From a virus (Duplodnaviria > Heunggongvirae > Uroviricota > Caudoviricetes): a DNA stretch of 64,000 nt. A program made the position numbers and the translations under genes. Of this stretch, positions 45,483 to 53,623 are shown in pieces. The stretch is taken from IMG/VR virus record IMGVR_UViG_3300031758_000002. One strand, 5' to 3'. Numbering within the stretch: position 1 is the stretch's first letter; each line of letters opens with the position of its first letter. Below the pieces are notes generated by a model. The model worked only from the letters and a program-made list of their open reading frames with translations, was not told where the DNA came from and made no database searches.

Positions 45483-46184
45483 TTATTTGTTTGTTTTTCT
45501 TAACTCATATAAAATAATGTCTTTTATATGTTCCTCGTGTAAGTTATAGGTGTTACTTACTTTCTCAATAACATTTTTAACAGTTTCGTTTTCAAATATA
45601 TTAAGAGCCTTAATATCTCCCTGATTACAATAGGGAAATCGTTTACATTTTTTTTTAACCTGAACGAATTTTCCTCCTGGTATCTGTGTCTTCCTTGATG
45701 GTTTCCAATTCTTCTTACTTGTGGTTTTTGCCCAAATACTAGGTCCTTCATACGCACCAACTCCATAACCTGAAGACGCGGTTTCTGTGGCTTCAACTTT
45801 TTTGGGTTCTTCACCTGAAAACAATGGTGTTGTTATATCAGATCCCGAACTTCCAGTTCCTGTTGCCTCTTTAGTTTCAGTCTTATCTTTACTAATTAAA
45901 GATTTTAAGAAATCTTTAAGTTCTTCAGGTTTCTTTAATAATTTTCTTATTTCACCTTTGATTTTATTATTAGTTAATTTTTTATTTTTAACTAATTTCA
46001 TAATGTCGGATAAATCAACACCATCTTTAAGATAATCTTTTGATTTATTTCTAATATCATCATCTTCCGACTTTTTATTTTCAGTAAATTCTTTTCTCGC
46101 TTTTGCTTGATCAATACCTGTCAATCCAATCATATTGGCTTCTTGGTTGAATTGTTTTTTAAATAAGTCGGTTAGGTTTTCCAT
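45483..46184 (-). CDS. hypothetical basic protein (233 aa)
   Basis: ORF. Confidence 0.4.
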   Translation of the reverse strand: MENLTDLFKKQFNQEANMIGLTGIDQAKARKEFTENKKSEDDDIRNKSKDYLKDGVDLSDIMKLVKNKKLTNNKIKGEIRKLLKKPEELKDFLKSLISKDKTETKEATGTGSSGSDITTPLFSGEEPKKVEATETASSGYGVGAYEGPSIWAKTTSKKNWKPSRKTQIPGGKFVQVKKKCKRFPYCNQGDIKALNIFENETVKNVIEKVSNTYNLHEEHIKDIILYELRKTNK

Positions 46185-46429
46185 TACGCACTTCTGAATT
46201 TTGATTCCCAGAAACTTCTTTGTTGATACATTATCGTATAGAATTCTCTGAATGATTTTATTATTAAGTCTTTTACATCTTTTTCTAGTTTACCTCTCTT
46301 CATTTCTTTGGAAATTCTATCTAACAGTTTATCTTCAAACTGTTTCACAGTAGTTGATCCTAAGAAATCTTTAATCTCTTTTCTAACCAATGTTTCAATT
46401 TCTCTTTTATCTGTTTGTGATAGTGCCAT
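46184..46429 (-). CDS. hypothetical protein (81 aa)
   Basis: ORF, 1-bp overlap. Confidence 0.3.
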   Translation of the reverse strand: MALSQTDKREIETLVRKEIKDFLGSTTVKQFEDKLLDRISKEMKRGKLEKDVKDLIIKSFREFYTIMYQQRSFWESKFRSA

Positions 46430-46872
46430 TATTTAAAAATAAGTATATAGGTTAATGCACCAATTATCGCCCCTCCAACAATTTCAATAACTGTATTTTT
46501 GGTTTTAATTTTTTTAATATCTTTTCTTAATCCTTCATTTTGTTCTTCAACAATTCCAAATTTTTCTTGTTCCTTTTGAATTTGTAACTCATAATTATCT
46601 TCTTTAAGTTCCATTGTAGTGATAATATCGTTTTGAACACTTACTTTGTTTTGAGTTTCTTTAAGTTCTGTTTCAGTTAATTTAAGTACTTCAGTTAACT
46701 GATCTAATTTATTTAAATCTAACGCAATTTGTTTTCCAACACTATATGGGAAACAAATCTGTGTTGTGTCCTTTTTAACTTGTCCAAATGATAACAATGG
46801 AACGAATAACAATAATGTAATTAATAAATTTTTCATCTTAATACTTATATCTTTTATGGAATAAACTGTCAA
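46429..46872 (-). CDS. membrane-anchored coiled-coil protein (147 aa)
   Basis: N- and C-terminal hydrophobic helices flanking a coiled coil. Confidence 0.35.
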   Translation of the reverse strand: MTVYSIKDISIKMKNLLITLLLFVPLLSFGQVKKDTTQICFPYSVGKQIALDLNKLDQLTEVLKLTETELKETQNKVSVQNDIITTMELKEDNYELQIQKEQEKFGIVEEQNEGLRKDIKKIKTKNTVIEIVGGAIIGALTYILIFK

Positions 46873-47191
46873 TTTGAGATGGTTTCATTCCTGTTATTTC
46901 TTCACCTTTTTCTTTATAATATTCTTTTATTATAGTTTTTTGGTTTCTGACTTGTGCAATTGTTGAGTCAATCTTACTTAGTTCTGTCTTATATTCTAAG
47001 ATTCTTTTATCAAGCAGTTGTTGTTTTTTTAAAATTGAGTCAATGTCTTTATCTAATTGTTCTAATTTATATTTATCTAATTCTGACATTTCAGGTTTTG
47101 GTGTAAATAAATAAACCATAAAGTACATAACAAATAATCCAACCCCAACAAATAGGATGTATTTAAAATTGGTATTTAAGAATTGTTTCAT
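46838..47191 (-). CDS. membrane-anchored coiled-coil protein (117 aa)
   Basis: N-terminal TM helix followed by a coiled coil. Confidence 0.35.
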   Translation of the reverse strand: MKQFLNTNFKYILFVGVGLFVMYFMVYLFTPKPEMSELDKYKLEQLDKDIDSILKKQQLLDKRILEYKTELSKIDSTIAQVRNQKTIIKEYYKEKGEEITGMKPSQIDSLFHKRYKY

Positions 47192-47808
47192 TTTTCAGGT
47201 GTTTTCTTTTTTGATGCAATCACTTTAGACCACTTAGATTTAAATTTCTCGTAGTATGTTTGTAGTTTATTAACAAATTCTAAGAATTCATCATCCAACT
47301 TAATCATAGTACCATTTATGTATACCCCTTTAGTTTCACCAATTGAGAAGAAGAACTCAAGATCCAATTCTGTAATTTTACCTGACCATTCTACATTATT
47401 TTCATAAACATTTAGTTTATTGAAGTCCACAATTTCCGCCACTTCCGCAACAAACTCATCCATACTTTCTTGGAATGCGATTTTATCATCGGTTGTTAAT
47501 TGTATATCAGTACTATCTGTTCCATGAAGAACTAAAATTCCGCCCGAAATTCTATATGCTTTTTTCTTTTCAGGTTTACTCTCTGTTTCTTCTTCACCGC
47601 TATCAGCAGTCTCATATTCAATTTCTTCTTCTGAGTCCCCTAATGGATTAATTTTTTTTGTTATATCAGTTGTTGGGTTAGACTGTTCAGTTATCATACC
47701 ATAACTTTTTCTAATTCTATTAGACTCTTCGTTTAATAAATCCCCCCCAAGTAATCTTCTTGATGATTCTAATAATTTTTTTAGTTCCTCGTAATTATTC
47801 ATTTTCAA
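47188..47808 (-). CDS. hypothetical acidic protein (206 aa)
   Basis: ORF. Confidence 0.35.
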   Translation of the reverse strand: MKMNNYEELKKLLESSRRLLGGDLLNEESNRIRKSYGMITEQSNPTTDITKKINPLGDSEEEIEYETADSGEEETESKPEKKKAYRISGGILVLHGTDSTDIQLTTDDKIAFQESMDEFVAEVAEIVDFNKLNVYENNVEWSGKITELDLEFFFSIGETKGVYINGTMIKLDDEFLEFVNKLQTYYEKFKSKWSKVIASKKKTPEK

Positions 47809-48391
47809 TTAGCTTTATAAATTGTTCAAAATTAAAAGCCGGACTAACATCAGTAAATTCACTATCAAAATTACTTTTAGTCACAATACCTTCATATCTT
47901 TCAACACCATTTATTTTAGTATTATGTCCGATACATTCTTTTGTTATAGAGAGTTCTTTCATTAAATGATTACATAATTCGGCAGTTTTTTCTATCTGAA
48001 TTTCAGTATATGGTTGCCAAAAAAAGTAATCTCTCCACTTTTTTTCATATATCTTCTCCTTATAAATATTACCAATCCAATTAATGTGTGAATTTTTTAA
48101 TGGTTCTTTTTCCATCCATCCTAAATTCTCTAAACATACTATGATTGAGTTCCTATTTATATTGGGTTCTGAAAAATAATTAGAGTGTTCATTATCATTT
48201 AGAAGTTTTAAAATTTTACCTTCTCGGTTAACAATATAATTTGGAACTTTGTCGTATTTTCCGTTATATCGGTACTTTAAAGACATTAAATAGTTTTTAA
48301 CATCTCTAGATGTATGAGATAAAATTATTTGTTTTTTCTTCTTTTGTTTTCCCGTCGGTTTAAATTCTCCGTATTTTACAACATCAATCAT
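47795..48391 (-). CDS. hypothetical protein (198 aa)
   Basis: ORF. Confidence 0.35.
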   Translation of the reverse strand: MIDVVKYGEFKPTGKQKKKKQIILSHTSRDVKNYLMSLKYRYNGKYDKVPNYIVNREGKILKLLNDNEHSNYFSEPNINRNSIIVCLENLGWMEKEPLKNSHINWIGNIYKEKIYEKKWRDYFFWQPYTEIQIEKTAELCNHLMKELSITKECIGHNTKINGVERYEGIVTKSNFDSEFTDVSPAFNFEQFIKLIENE

Positions 48392-49476
48392 TCTTTTTTA
48401 TATACTAATCTTTTTTTATTTTTTACTTCATTAATATCTAATTCATATTTATCAATTGTATCAAACAATTCATCAACAACTAAATCAGGGGATGATGGTT
48501 TTGGCGTATCATTTTCAATATCATCTGATAACTCCTTGGATATATCATAATCAATAAAACTATACTCATTGACTTGATCGGTAGTTGATCGGTAGTTCAT
48601 CGGTAGTTCATCGGTATCATTAACTTGGGGGGTACTTGGAGGGTAGTTAATGGGTACTTGGGGGGTGTCTTCTTCTTTTCTTCTTGACTTAAATGCTTGG
48701 TTTGTTGCAATAACCAATGTGATTGCTAAAGGATCGAATACAAATATTAAAATTAAAATAAATAAATTTGCAGTCCTTTTAATTTCCCAATCAAGAAGTT
48801 CACTTACATACTTAATAGCCCCAAGTTCACTACCAGATATTTCTTGAGATTCCATATCTAAAATTTCAATGTCAAGTTTAGTAATACTATCATTCATTGA
48901 ATCAATTCGTTTTGCGATAGTGTCTCTTCTAACTTGTGCTTGTGATAGTTGTGTCTCAAATGATCGTCTATTCGCATTATTTGCTCTTGTAACTACTTGT
49001 CCAGTTCTACCGTCCACAGATTGTGTGGTGGTGTTATTTGAAAGTCCGTCTCTCAACTTTGTTATATCCCCATTAAGAATTGTTTTTTCTTTAGAGAGTT
49101 CGTCTTTTATTTCTTCAAATCGTTTCTTTTTAACTTCAACATTTTTGACTTTTTTCTCATTTATTTCAAGTTTTGCAATGTTTCCCTGAAACCCTGTACT
49201 CAATAATCCATAAATCCCTAAAGAGGTTATAATTGATAAAGTCACCAATGCAATCGTCATGTATATCTTCAACGCGCCATATGTTTCCTTCCATTTGTCA
49301 TGAAGATATGTTGCAATAGCAATTTTTGATATCTCCAAAAATGAACCCATTATTATTACTGGTATTGCAACGCCAATAAAAACAATTGATAATCCAACAA
49401 CACTATAATAGGCAGCAGTTCCCGATAAACCTATCGCACAAAATAATAAAAACCAAGGTAAAAATTTTTCTTTCAT
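48388..49476 (-). CDS. membrane protein with N-terminal TM helices, long coiled coil and Pro/Thr-rich C-terminus (362 aa)
   Basis: Three or four N-terminal TM segments. Contains the 11-bp tandem DNA repeat at 48580-48625. Confidence 0.4.
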   Translation of the reverse strand: MKEKFLPWFLLFCAIGLSGTAAYYSVVGLSIVFIGVAIPVIIMGSFLEISKIAIATYLHDKWKETYGALKIYMTIALVTLSIITSLGIYGLLSTGFQGNIAKLEINEKKVKNVEVKKKRFEEIKDELSKEKTILNGDITKLRDGLSNNTTTQSVDGRTGQVVTRANNANRRSFETQLSQAQVRRDTIAKRIDSMNDSITKLDIEILDMESQEISGSELGAIKYVSELLDWEIKRTANLFILILIFVFDPLAITLVIATNQAFKSRRKEEDTPQVPINYPPSTPQVNDTDELPMNYRSTTDQVNEYSFIDYDISKELSDDIENDTPKPSSPDLVVDELFDTIDKYELDINEVKNKKRLVYKKE

Positions 49477-49517
49477 ATTATTAAACTATACCTAATAAAT
49501 ATAAAAGATAAAGAAAA

Positions 49518-49538
49518 ACCCCCATTTTAGGTGGGGGT
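49518..49538 (-). terminator. rho-independent terminator (ACCCCC-loop-GGGGGT)
   Basis: AAAAACCCCCATTTTAGGTGGGGGTTCAT, downstream of the gene ending at 49567. Confidence 0.6.
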
Positions 49539-49566
49539 TCATATATGATAGGGCTGTTATTTTAAA

Positions 49567-50013
49567 TTAACGATCCTCAATTGTAAATCCAGAAGAATCA
49601 ACTTCAGGTCCATTATCAATTATTGTCTCAACAACAATTTCCTCGTTAATAAACCTGGATACCGACGCAAATTCAATTTCAACATCATCCATAATACTTT
49701 TCTTAAACTCGTTACACTGTTCTTCATTCTCAAAAGAACCACACTGTGTTGCTGGTGAATGATATGTCTTTATTCTGTACGCACCATAAGGATTTTTAAG
49801 TTCCGAAACATTCATAATCAGATTTTCAAAATGATAATCATCACTTCCGTCTTTGGTGATGAACCTTCCGGTACCGTCCCTTTGGAATGTTTGTGAGTAG
49901 TGATACCCACAGTTATTACAACTTACATATTGTTCCCCTGTTTTGTAATAGAAGTCACTAAACGCTTCGTGTTTACAATTTGTACATTCAATATAATCAA
50001 TTACGCTTCCCAT
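49567..50013 (-). CDS. zinc-ribbon protein (148 aa)
   Basis: CTNCKHE...CNNCGYH forms a C4 ribbon. Confidence 0.4.
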   Translation of the reverse strand: MGSVIDYIECTNCKHEAFSDFYYKTGEQYVSCNNCGYHYSQTFQRDGTGRFITKDGSDDYHFENLIMNVSELKNPYGAYRIKTYHSPATQCGSFENEEQCNEFKKSIMDDVEIEFASVSRFINEEIVVETIIDNGPEVDSSGFTIEDR

Positions 50014-50054
50014 ATTATTTTTTAATTTCCCAATAAGGTTGTTTTTGTGTATGT

Positions 50055-50080
50055 GGGGGGTTATACCCCCCCATTTTTTT
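50055..50080 (+). terminator. hairpin GGGGGG-TTATA-CCCCCC plus T-run, oriented for the plus strand
   Basis: GTGGGGGGTTATACCCCCCCATTTTTTTAG. The T-run lies on the plus-strand side although the flanking genes are on the minus strand. Confidence 0.4.
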
Positions 50081-50582
50081 AGTTTTGTTTAAATGATTTG
50101 TCTGCCCAAGTTTTTGCTCCCATTCTACCCCAAAGTTCCATGTCACACATATCAGGGAATGACTCTCTCATTGTCCCAACAGTTAACACATCCAAGAACC
50201 CTTTGTCGATTGAGTACCACTTACCACCTTTAATTGTGTAAACATTCATCCACTGTCCGTACTCATTTTTTGCTTGGATATTAACCAATGAGTTTTTTTG
50301 GTATCCACGAATAACACTCGCCGCAGTTCCTTTAGTGTCGTGGATATTGATGAATCCTGCCTGACATTTATTTGCGATACGGAATTCGTATTCTTTGTCC
50401 GCATCTTTAAGGTGGTTTGAAACCGAAACTGAAATTCTTTTACCTTTTACTGTGGTGTTGAATGATCCGTAGAATACGTCTCCTGATAATGTTCCTTCGT
50501 TTACTTTGATGATGTCGTTTGTCATAATATTTCGTTTTAGATACATTACAAATGTAATGATCTTTTTTAAACCACCAAACAA
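50079..50582 (-). CDS. hypothetical protein (167 aa)
   Basis: ORF. Confidence 0.35.
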   Translation of the reverse strand: MFGGLKKIITFVMYLKRNIMTNDIIKVNEGTLSGDVFYGSFNTTVKGKRISVSVSNHLKDADKEYEFRIANKCQAGFINIHDTKGTAASVIRGYQKNSLVNIQAKNEYGQWMNVYTIKGGKWYSIDKGFLDVLTVGTMRESFPDMCDMELWGRMGAKTWADKSFKQN

Positions 50583-50599
50583 AAAGTATAGAAAATTAT

Positions 50600-51400
50600 T
50601 TAGATATAATCAAATAATTCAGAACTCTCATTTCGTAACCTTCTCAAAGCTCTTTCTTTAATCTGTCTTACTCGTTCTTTAGTTAAACCAAAATCACCTC
50701 CAATATCTTCCAAAGTTCTTGGTGTTCCACTAAGTCCAAAATAATCCTCAATAATTACTCGTTCTCTTTCATCTAAAACACTAAGTGTATTGATTAATTT
50801 TTCTTTAAGAATGTCCGCAGTATTAAAAGCCGCATCAGGAGCGTCTGCATCCATATTTGGTATCATATCAAGGAATGTATCTCCCTCATCATTGATATTC
50901 ATATCTAAGTCAATCATTGATGGTAAAGATGAGAATTTATCCGATAGTTTTCCTCCATTATTCTCAATTTCTTTTTTAGCTTTATGAAGTTCCTGAACAA
51001 CATTTACAGGAAGTCTAATTGTTCTCGCATTGTCATTTAAAGACTGAATAATAGATTGTTTAACCCACCAAACGGCATATGAAATAAATCTCAAATTTTT
51101 ACTCCAATCAAAGTTTTTAATTGCTTTCAATAACCCTAAGTTACCCTCAGCAACCAAATCAGGAAAATCCAAACCTTGATTTTGATATTGTTTTGCAACG
51201 GTAATAACAAATCGTAAATTACCTGTTAACAACTCCTGTTCAACTTGTTTTCGTTGTTTGTCAGTTAAAGTATCCGACATCATAAGTTTAGATAATTCTT
51301 TTTCCCTTTCAGGTGTCATAACTTTAATCTTCCTAATATCCTTTAGGTAGTGAGAGATTTCATCCTGATTAATGGGCATTCCTGTTCCTTTTTCCTTCAT
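50600..51400 (-). CDS. sigma-70 family RNA polymerase sigma factor (regions 2-4)
   Basis: Region 2 LRFVITVAKQYQNQGLDFPDLVAEGNLGLLKAIKNFD. Region 2.4/3 RFISYAVWWVKQSI. Region 4 HTH TLEDIGGDFGLTKERVRQIKERALRRLR. Confidence 0.8.
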   Translation of the reverse strand: MKEKGTGMPINQDEISHYLKDIRKIKVMTPEREKELSKLMMSDTLTDKQRKQVEQELLTGNLRFVITVAKQYQNQGLDFPDLVAEGNLGLLKAIKNFDWSKNLRFISYAVWWVKQSIIQSLNDNARTIRLPVNVVQELHKAKKEIENNGGKLSDKFSSLPSMIDLDMNINDEGDTFLDMIPNMDADAPDAAFNTADILKEKLINTLSVLDERERVIIEDYFGLSGTPRTLEDIGGDFGLTKERVRQIKERALRRLRNESSELFDYI

Positions 51401-51405
51401 ATATT

Positions 51406-51966
51406 TTATTTTGAGTATTGTTCCAATTTTAATTTCTCCGCCTTTGTGAGTGAATTTATTCCCTTGTCATTGATTTTATCTAAAAGTTCGTCCAATGACA
51501 TATTACACACATCTTCATTTGTTTTATTGATAATAAATGGACTACCTTGATTAATCATATCCATAAACATATCAAAAATCGCACCATCATTACTAATATC
51601 TTCAGAACTAACAGTGAAAGTATTAATCTCAATCTTATCCTCCTCATCAATAGACAATAGGTGATTTTTTCTATCCTTACCCATATTTGTTGCCATCTTA
51701 CCATTAAATGGTATTAAGGTAAACATAATGTCTTCTAATTCTTCAAAAACCATCTCAACATACATAGACATTTCTTCATATTTTAACTCAGATTCAAAAT
51801 GAAAAATTGCGTTACCATCACCATAAATGTATTTTATCTGTTCTGAAATTACAATGGGTTGGATTTCTTTACCAATTTTAGTGGTTAAGGCTTCACTATC
51901 CATAGTTTCACTTTCACCGTACACAAACATTAGATATCTCATATTGTTTTTTTTACAAATATACAA
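51406..51966 (-). CDS. hypothetical acidic protein (186 aa)
   Basis: ORF. Confidence 0.35.
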   Translation of the reverse strand: MYICKKNNMRYLMFVYGESETMDSEALTTKIGKEIQPIVISEQIKYIYGDGNAIFHFESELKYEEMSMYVEMVFEELEDIMFTLIPFNGKMATNMGKDRKNHLLSIDEEDKIEINTFTVSSEDISNDGAIFDMFMDMINQGSPFIINKTNEDVCNMSLDELLDKINDKGINSLTKAEKLKLEQYSK

Positions 51967-51973
51967 ATAATTA

Positions 51974-52885
51974 TTAATCCAACAAATTTTTAGATTCTTT
52001 ATTATTTTTTCTTTTCAATAAAGCATCTTCTTTAGATAAAAGGAATTTAACCTTTGGATTAGGTGTTTCATTAGTGTATGGTTCAATATTTTGTATTCTT
52101 AGATTTGATAAATCGACATATTCTTCATTGATGTCAATACCCAAATAATTCCTGTTATTAAGTTTCGCCATCTTCAATGTCGTTCCACTACCACACATAG
52201 GATCTAATACTATATCACCTTCATTACTCCAAGATAGAATATGATCCTCAGCCAATGATTCCGGAAATATTGCAGGATGTTGGAATGCAATGTCGTCTTT
52301 GGATGAGAACCCTTTACCATTATTAACATACCATACATTATACCTTGTACCGAATTCAGATACAACAAACTTGTCAACCTTTTTAAGGTTTCCGTCTTTT
52401 TCTCTTTTTGATGGATCACCAAAATTACTATGTCCCGCCCATCTATTTGGTTTATCTTTTAATAGATTAACCGTTTTTGGTTTCCCTTTTGAAAGGACGA
52501 ACATATATTCAAATACTTGTGAGTATCTACCTGTTTCAGGAAATGGGGCTCCATTCTTATGATAAATCATCGTATCGTACAATGTAAATCCAATCTCCTT
52601 AAATTTAAGTGCTTGTCTGAATGAACTACCAGTTTCTCCACCATTTTTTACTTGATCATTTACCACCCAAATAACAACACCACCCTTCTTGGTTACTCTA
52701 TATAACTCACGAGCCATTTCCACAAATGGGAAACTAAATCCATCTTCAAAGACAACCTCATCCTTAATTTTTCCATTATAAGTTCTTAAGTTATCATACG
52801 GTGGTGATGTTACAGTTAAATCAAATGTATTATCCTCATATCTTTGTAATACTTCAATCGCATTACCTAAAATTACTTCATTCAT
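51974..52885 (-). CDS. DNA methyltransferase, beta-class N6-adenine/N4-cytosine
   Basis: Motif IV DLTVTSPPYDN precedes motif I IVLDPMCGSGTTLKMAKLNNRNYLGIDIN. Confidence 0.8.
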   Translation of the reverse strand: MNEVILGNAIEVLQRYEDNTFDLTVTSPPYDNLRTYNGKIKDEVVFEDGFSFPFVEMARELYRVTKKGGVVIWVVNDQVKNGGETGSSFRQALKFKEIGFTLYDTMIYHKNGAPFPETGRYSQVFEYMFVLSKGKPKTVNLLKDKPNRWAGHSNFGDPSKREKDGNLKKVDKFVVSEFGTRYNVWYVNNGKGFSSKDDIAFQHPAIFPESLAEDHILSWSNEGDIVLDPMCGSGTTLKMAKLNNRNYLGIDINEEYVDLSNLRIQNIEPYTNETPNPKVKFLLSKEDALLKRKNNKESKNLLD

Positions 52886-53571
52886 ATTTTTTCAAAAATT
52901 AGTTTTTGGTATACTTTATTGTTTTTAAGACTACCACAAAAAATATTTTCACTATAGTCAATATTTGATAAAAATTTAAGTGTAGTAAAACTACTATTAT
53001 TTTTAGCCTCACCTTTCCAAAAATCTTTATCCAAGTTAATTAACATACCGAAAATACCATCAACATATTTTTCACTTTCCTTAACTTTTTTATCACGATT
53101 AATTGATAATGATATTAATAAAAAAATATCCGCTTTTGATGTTGTATGTGTTGCACCTGTAAATGCGGTATCGCTTTGGGTTACTTTAATTTCAATTATA
53201 ATAATTTCACCGTTAAACTCAAATATAGCGTCAAAAGATTTACCCTCAATTTCTTCAGTATTAACAATCTCAGTAATTTTAAGTACTTTAATATTTGCGT
53301 CGTTATAGGTTGAGAGAATTGTATTTAATTTGTAAACTAAAAATGATTTAACACCATCATATGATAATCTGGTTGTAGTCAAAACTGTGTGTTGTCTTAC
53401 ATCATCTTCAACATCTTTCACCCATTCATTAATTGTCAACCCCTCCCTATTCGCAATAGGGAATATGGTTAAAGGAATTTCGTTATCAATATACTCAACT
53501 AAATATTTTGCAAACTTTAATTTTTTTAAATGAATAACTAAATCCCTAACCAAAATTTTCTTATCTCTCAT
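52882..53571 (-). CDS. hypothetical protein; candidate PD-(D/E)xK nuclease (possible restriction endonuclease partner of the downstream methyltransferase)
   Basis: FDAIFEFNGEIIIIEIKV provides a D...E-x-K arrangement. 4-bp ATGA overlap with the methyltransferase gene. Confidence 0.3.
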   Translation of the reverse strand: MRDKKILVRDLVIHLKKLKFAKYLVEYIDNEIPLTIFPIANREGLTINEWVKDVEDDVRQHTVLTTTRLSYDGVKSFLVYKLNTILSTYNDANIKVLKITEIVNTEEIEGKSFDAIFEFNGEIIIIEIKVTQSDTAFTGATHTTSKADIFLLISLSINRDKKVKESEKYVDGIFGMLINLDKDFWKGEAKNNSSFTTLKFLSNIDYSENIFCGSLKNNKVYQKLIFEKI

Positions 53572-53623
53572 TTTAAACTTATTTACCTAAATATAAGAAT
53601 AAAAATCCACTTAGTCATCTATC

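Noticed and set aside
48580-48660. Possible CRISPR array
   Set aside because: The repeats are 11 bp, directly tandem without spacers, and lie inside an ORF. No CRISPR-like repeat-spacer structure exists anywhere in the window.
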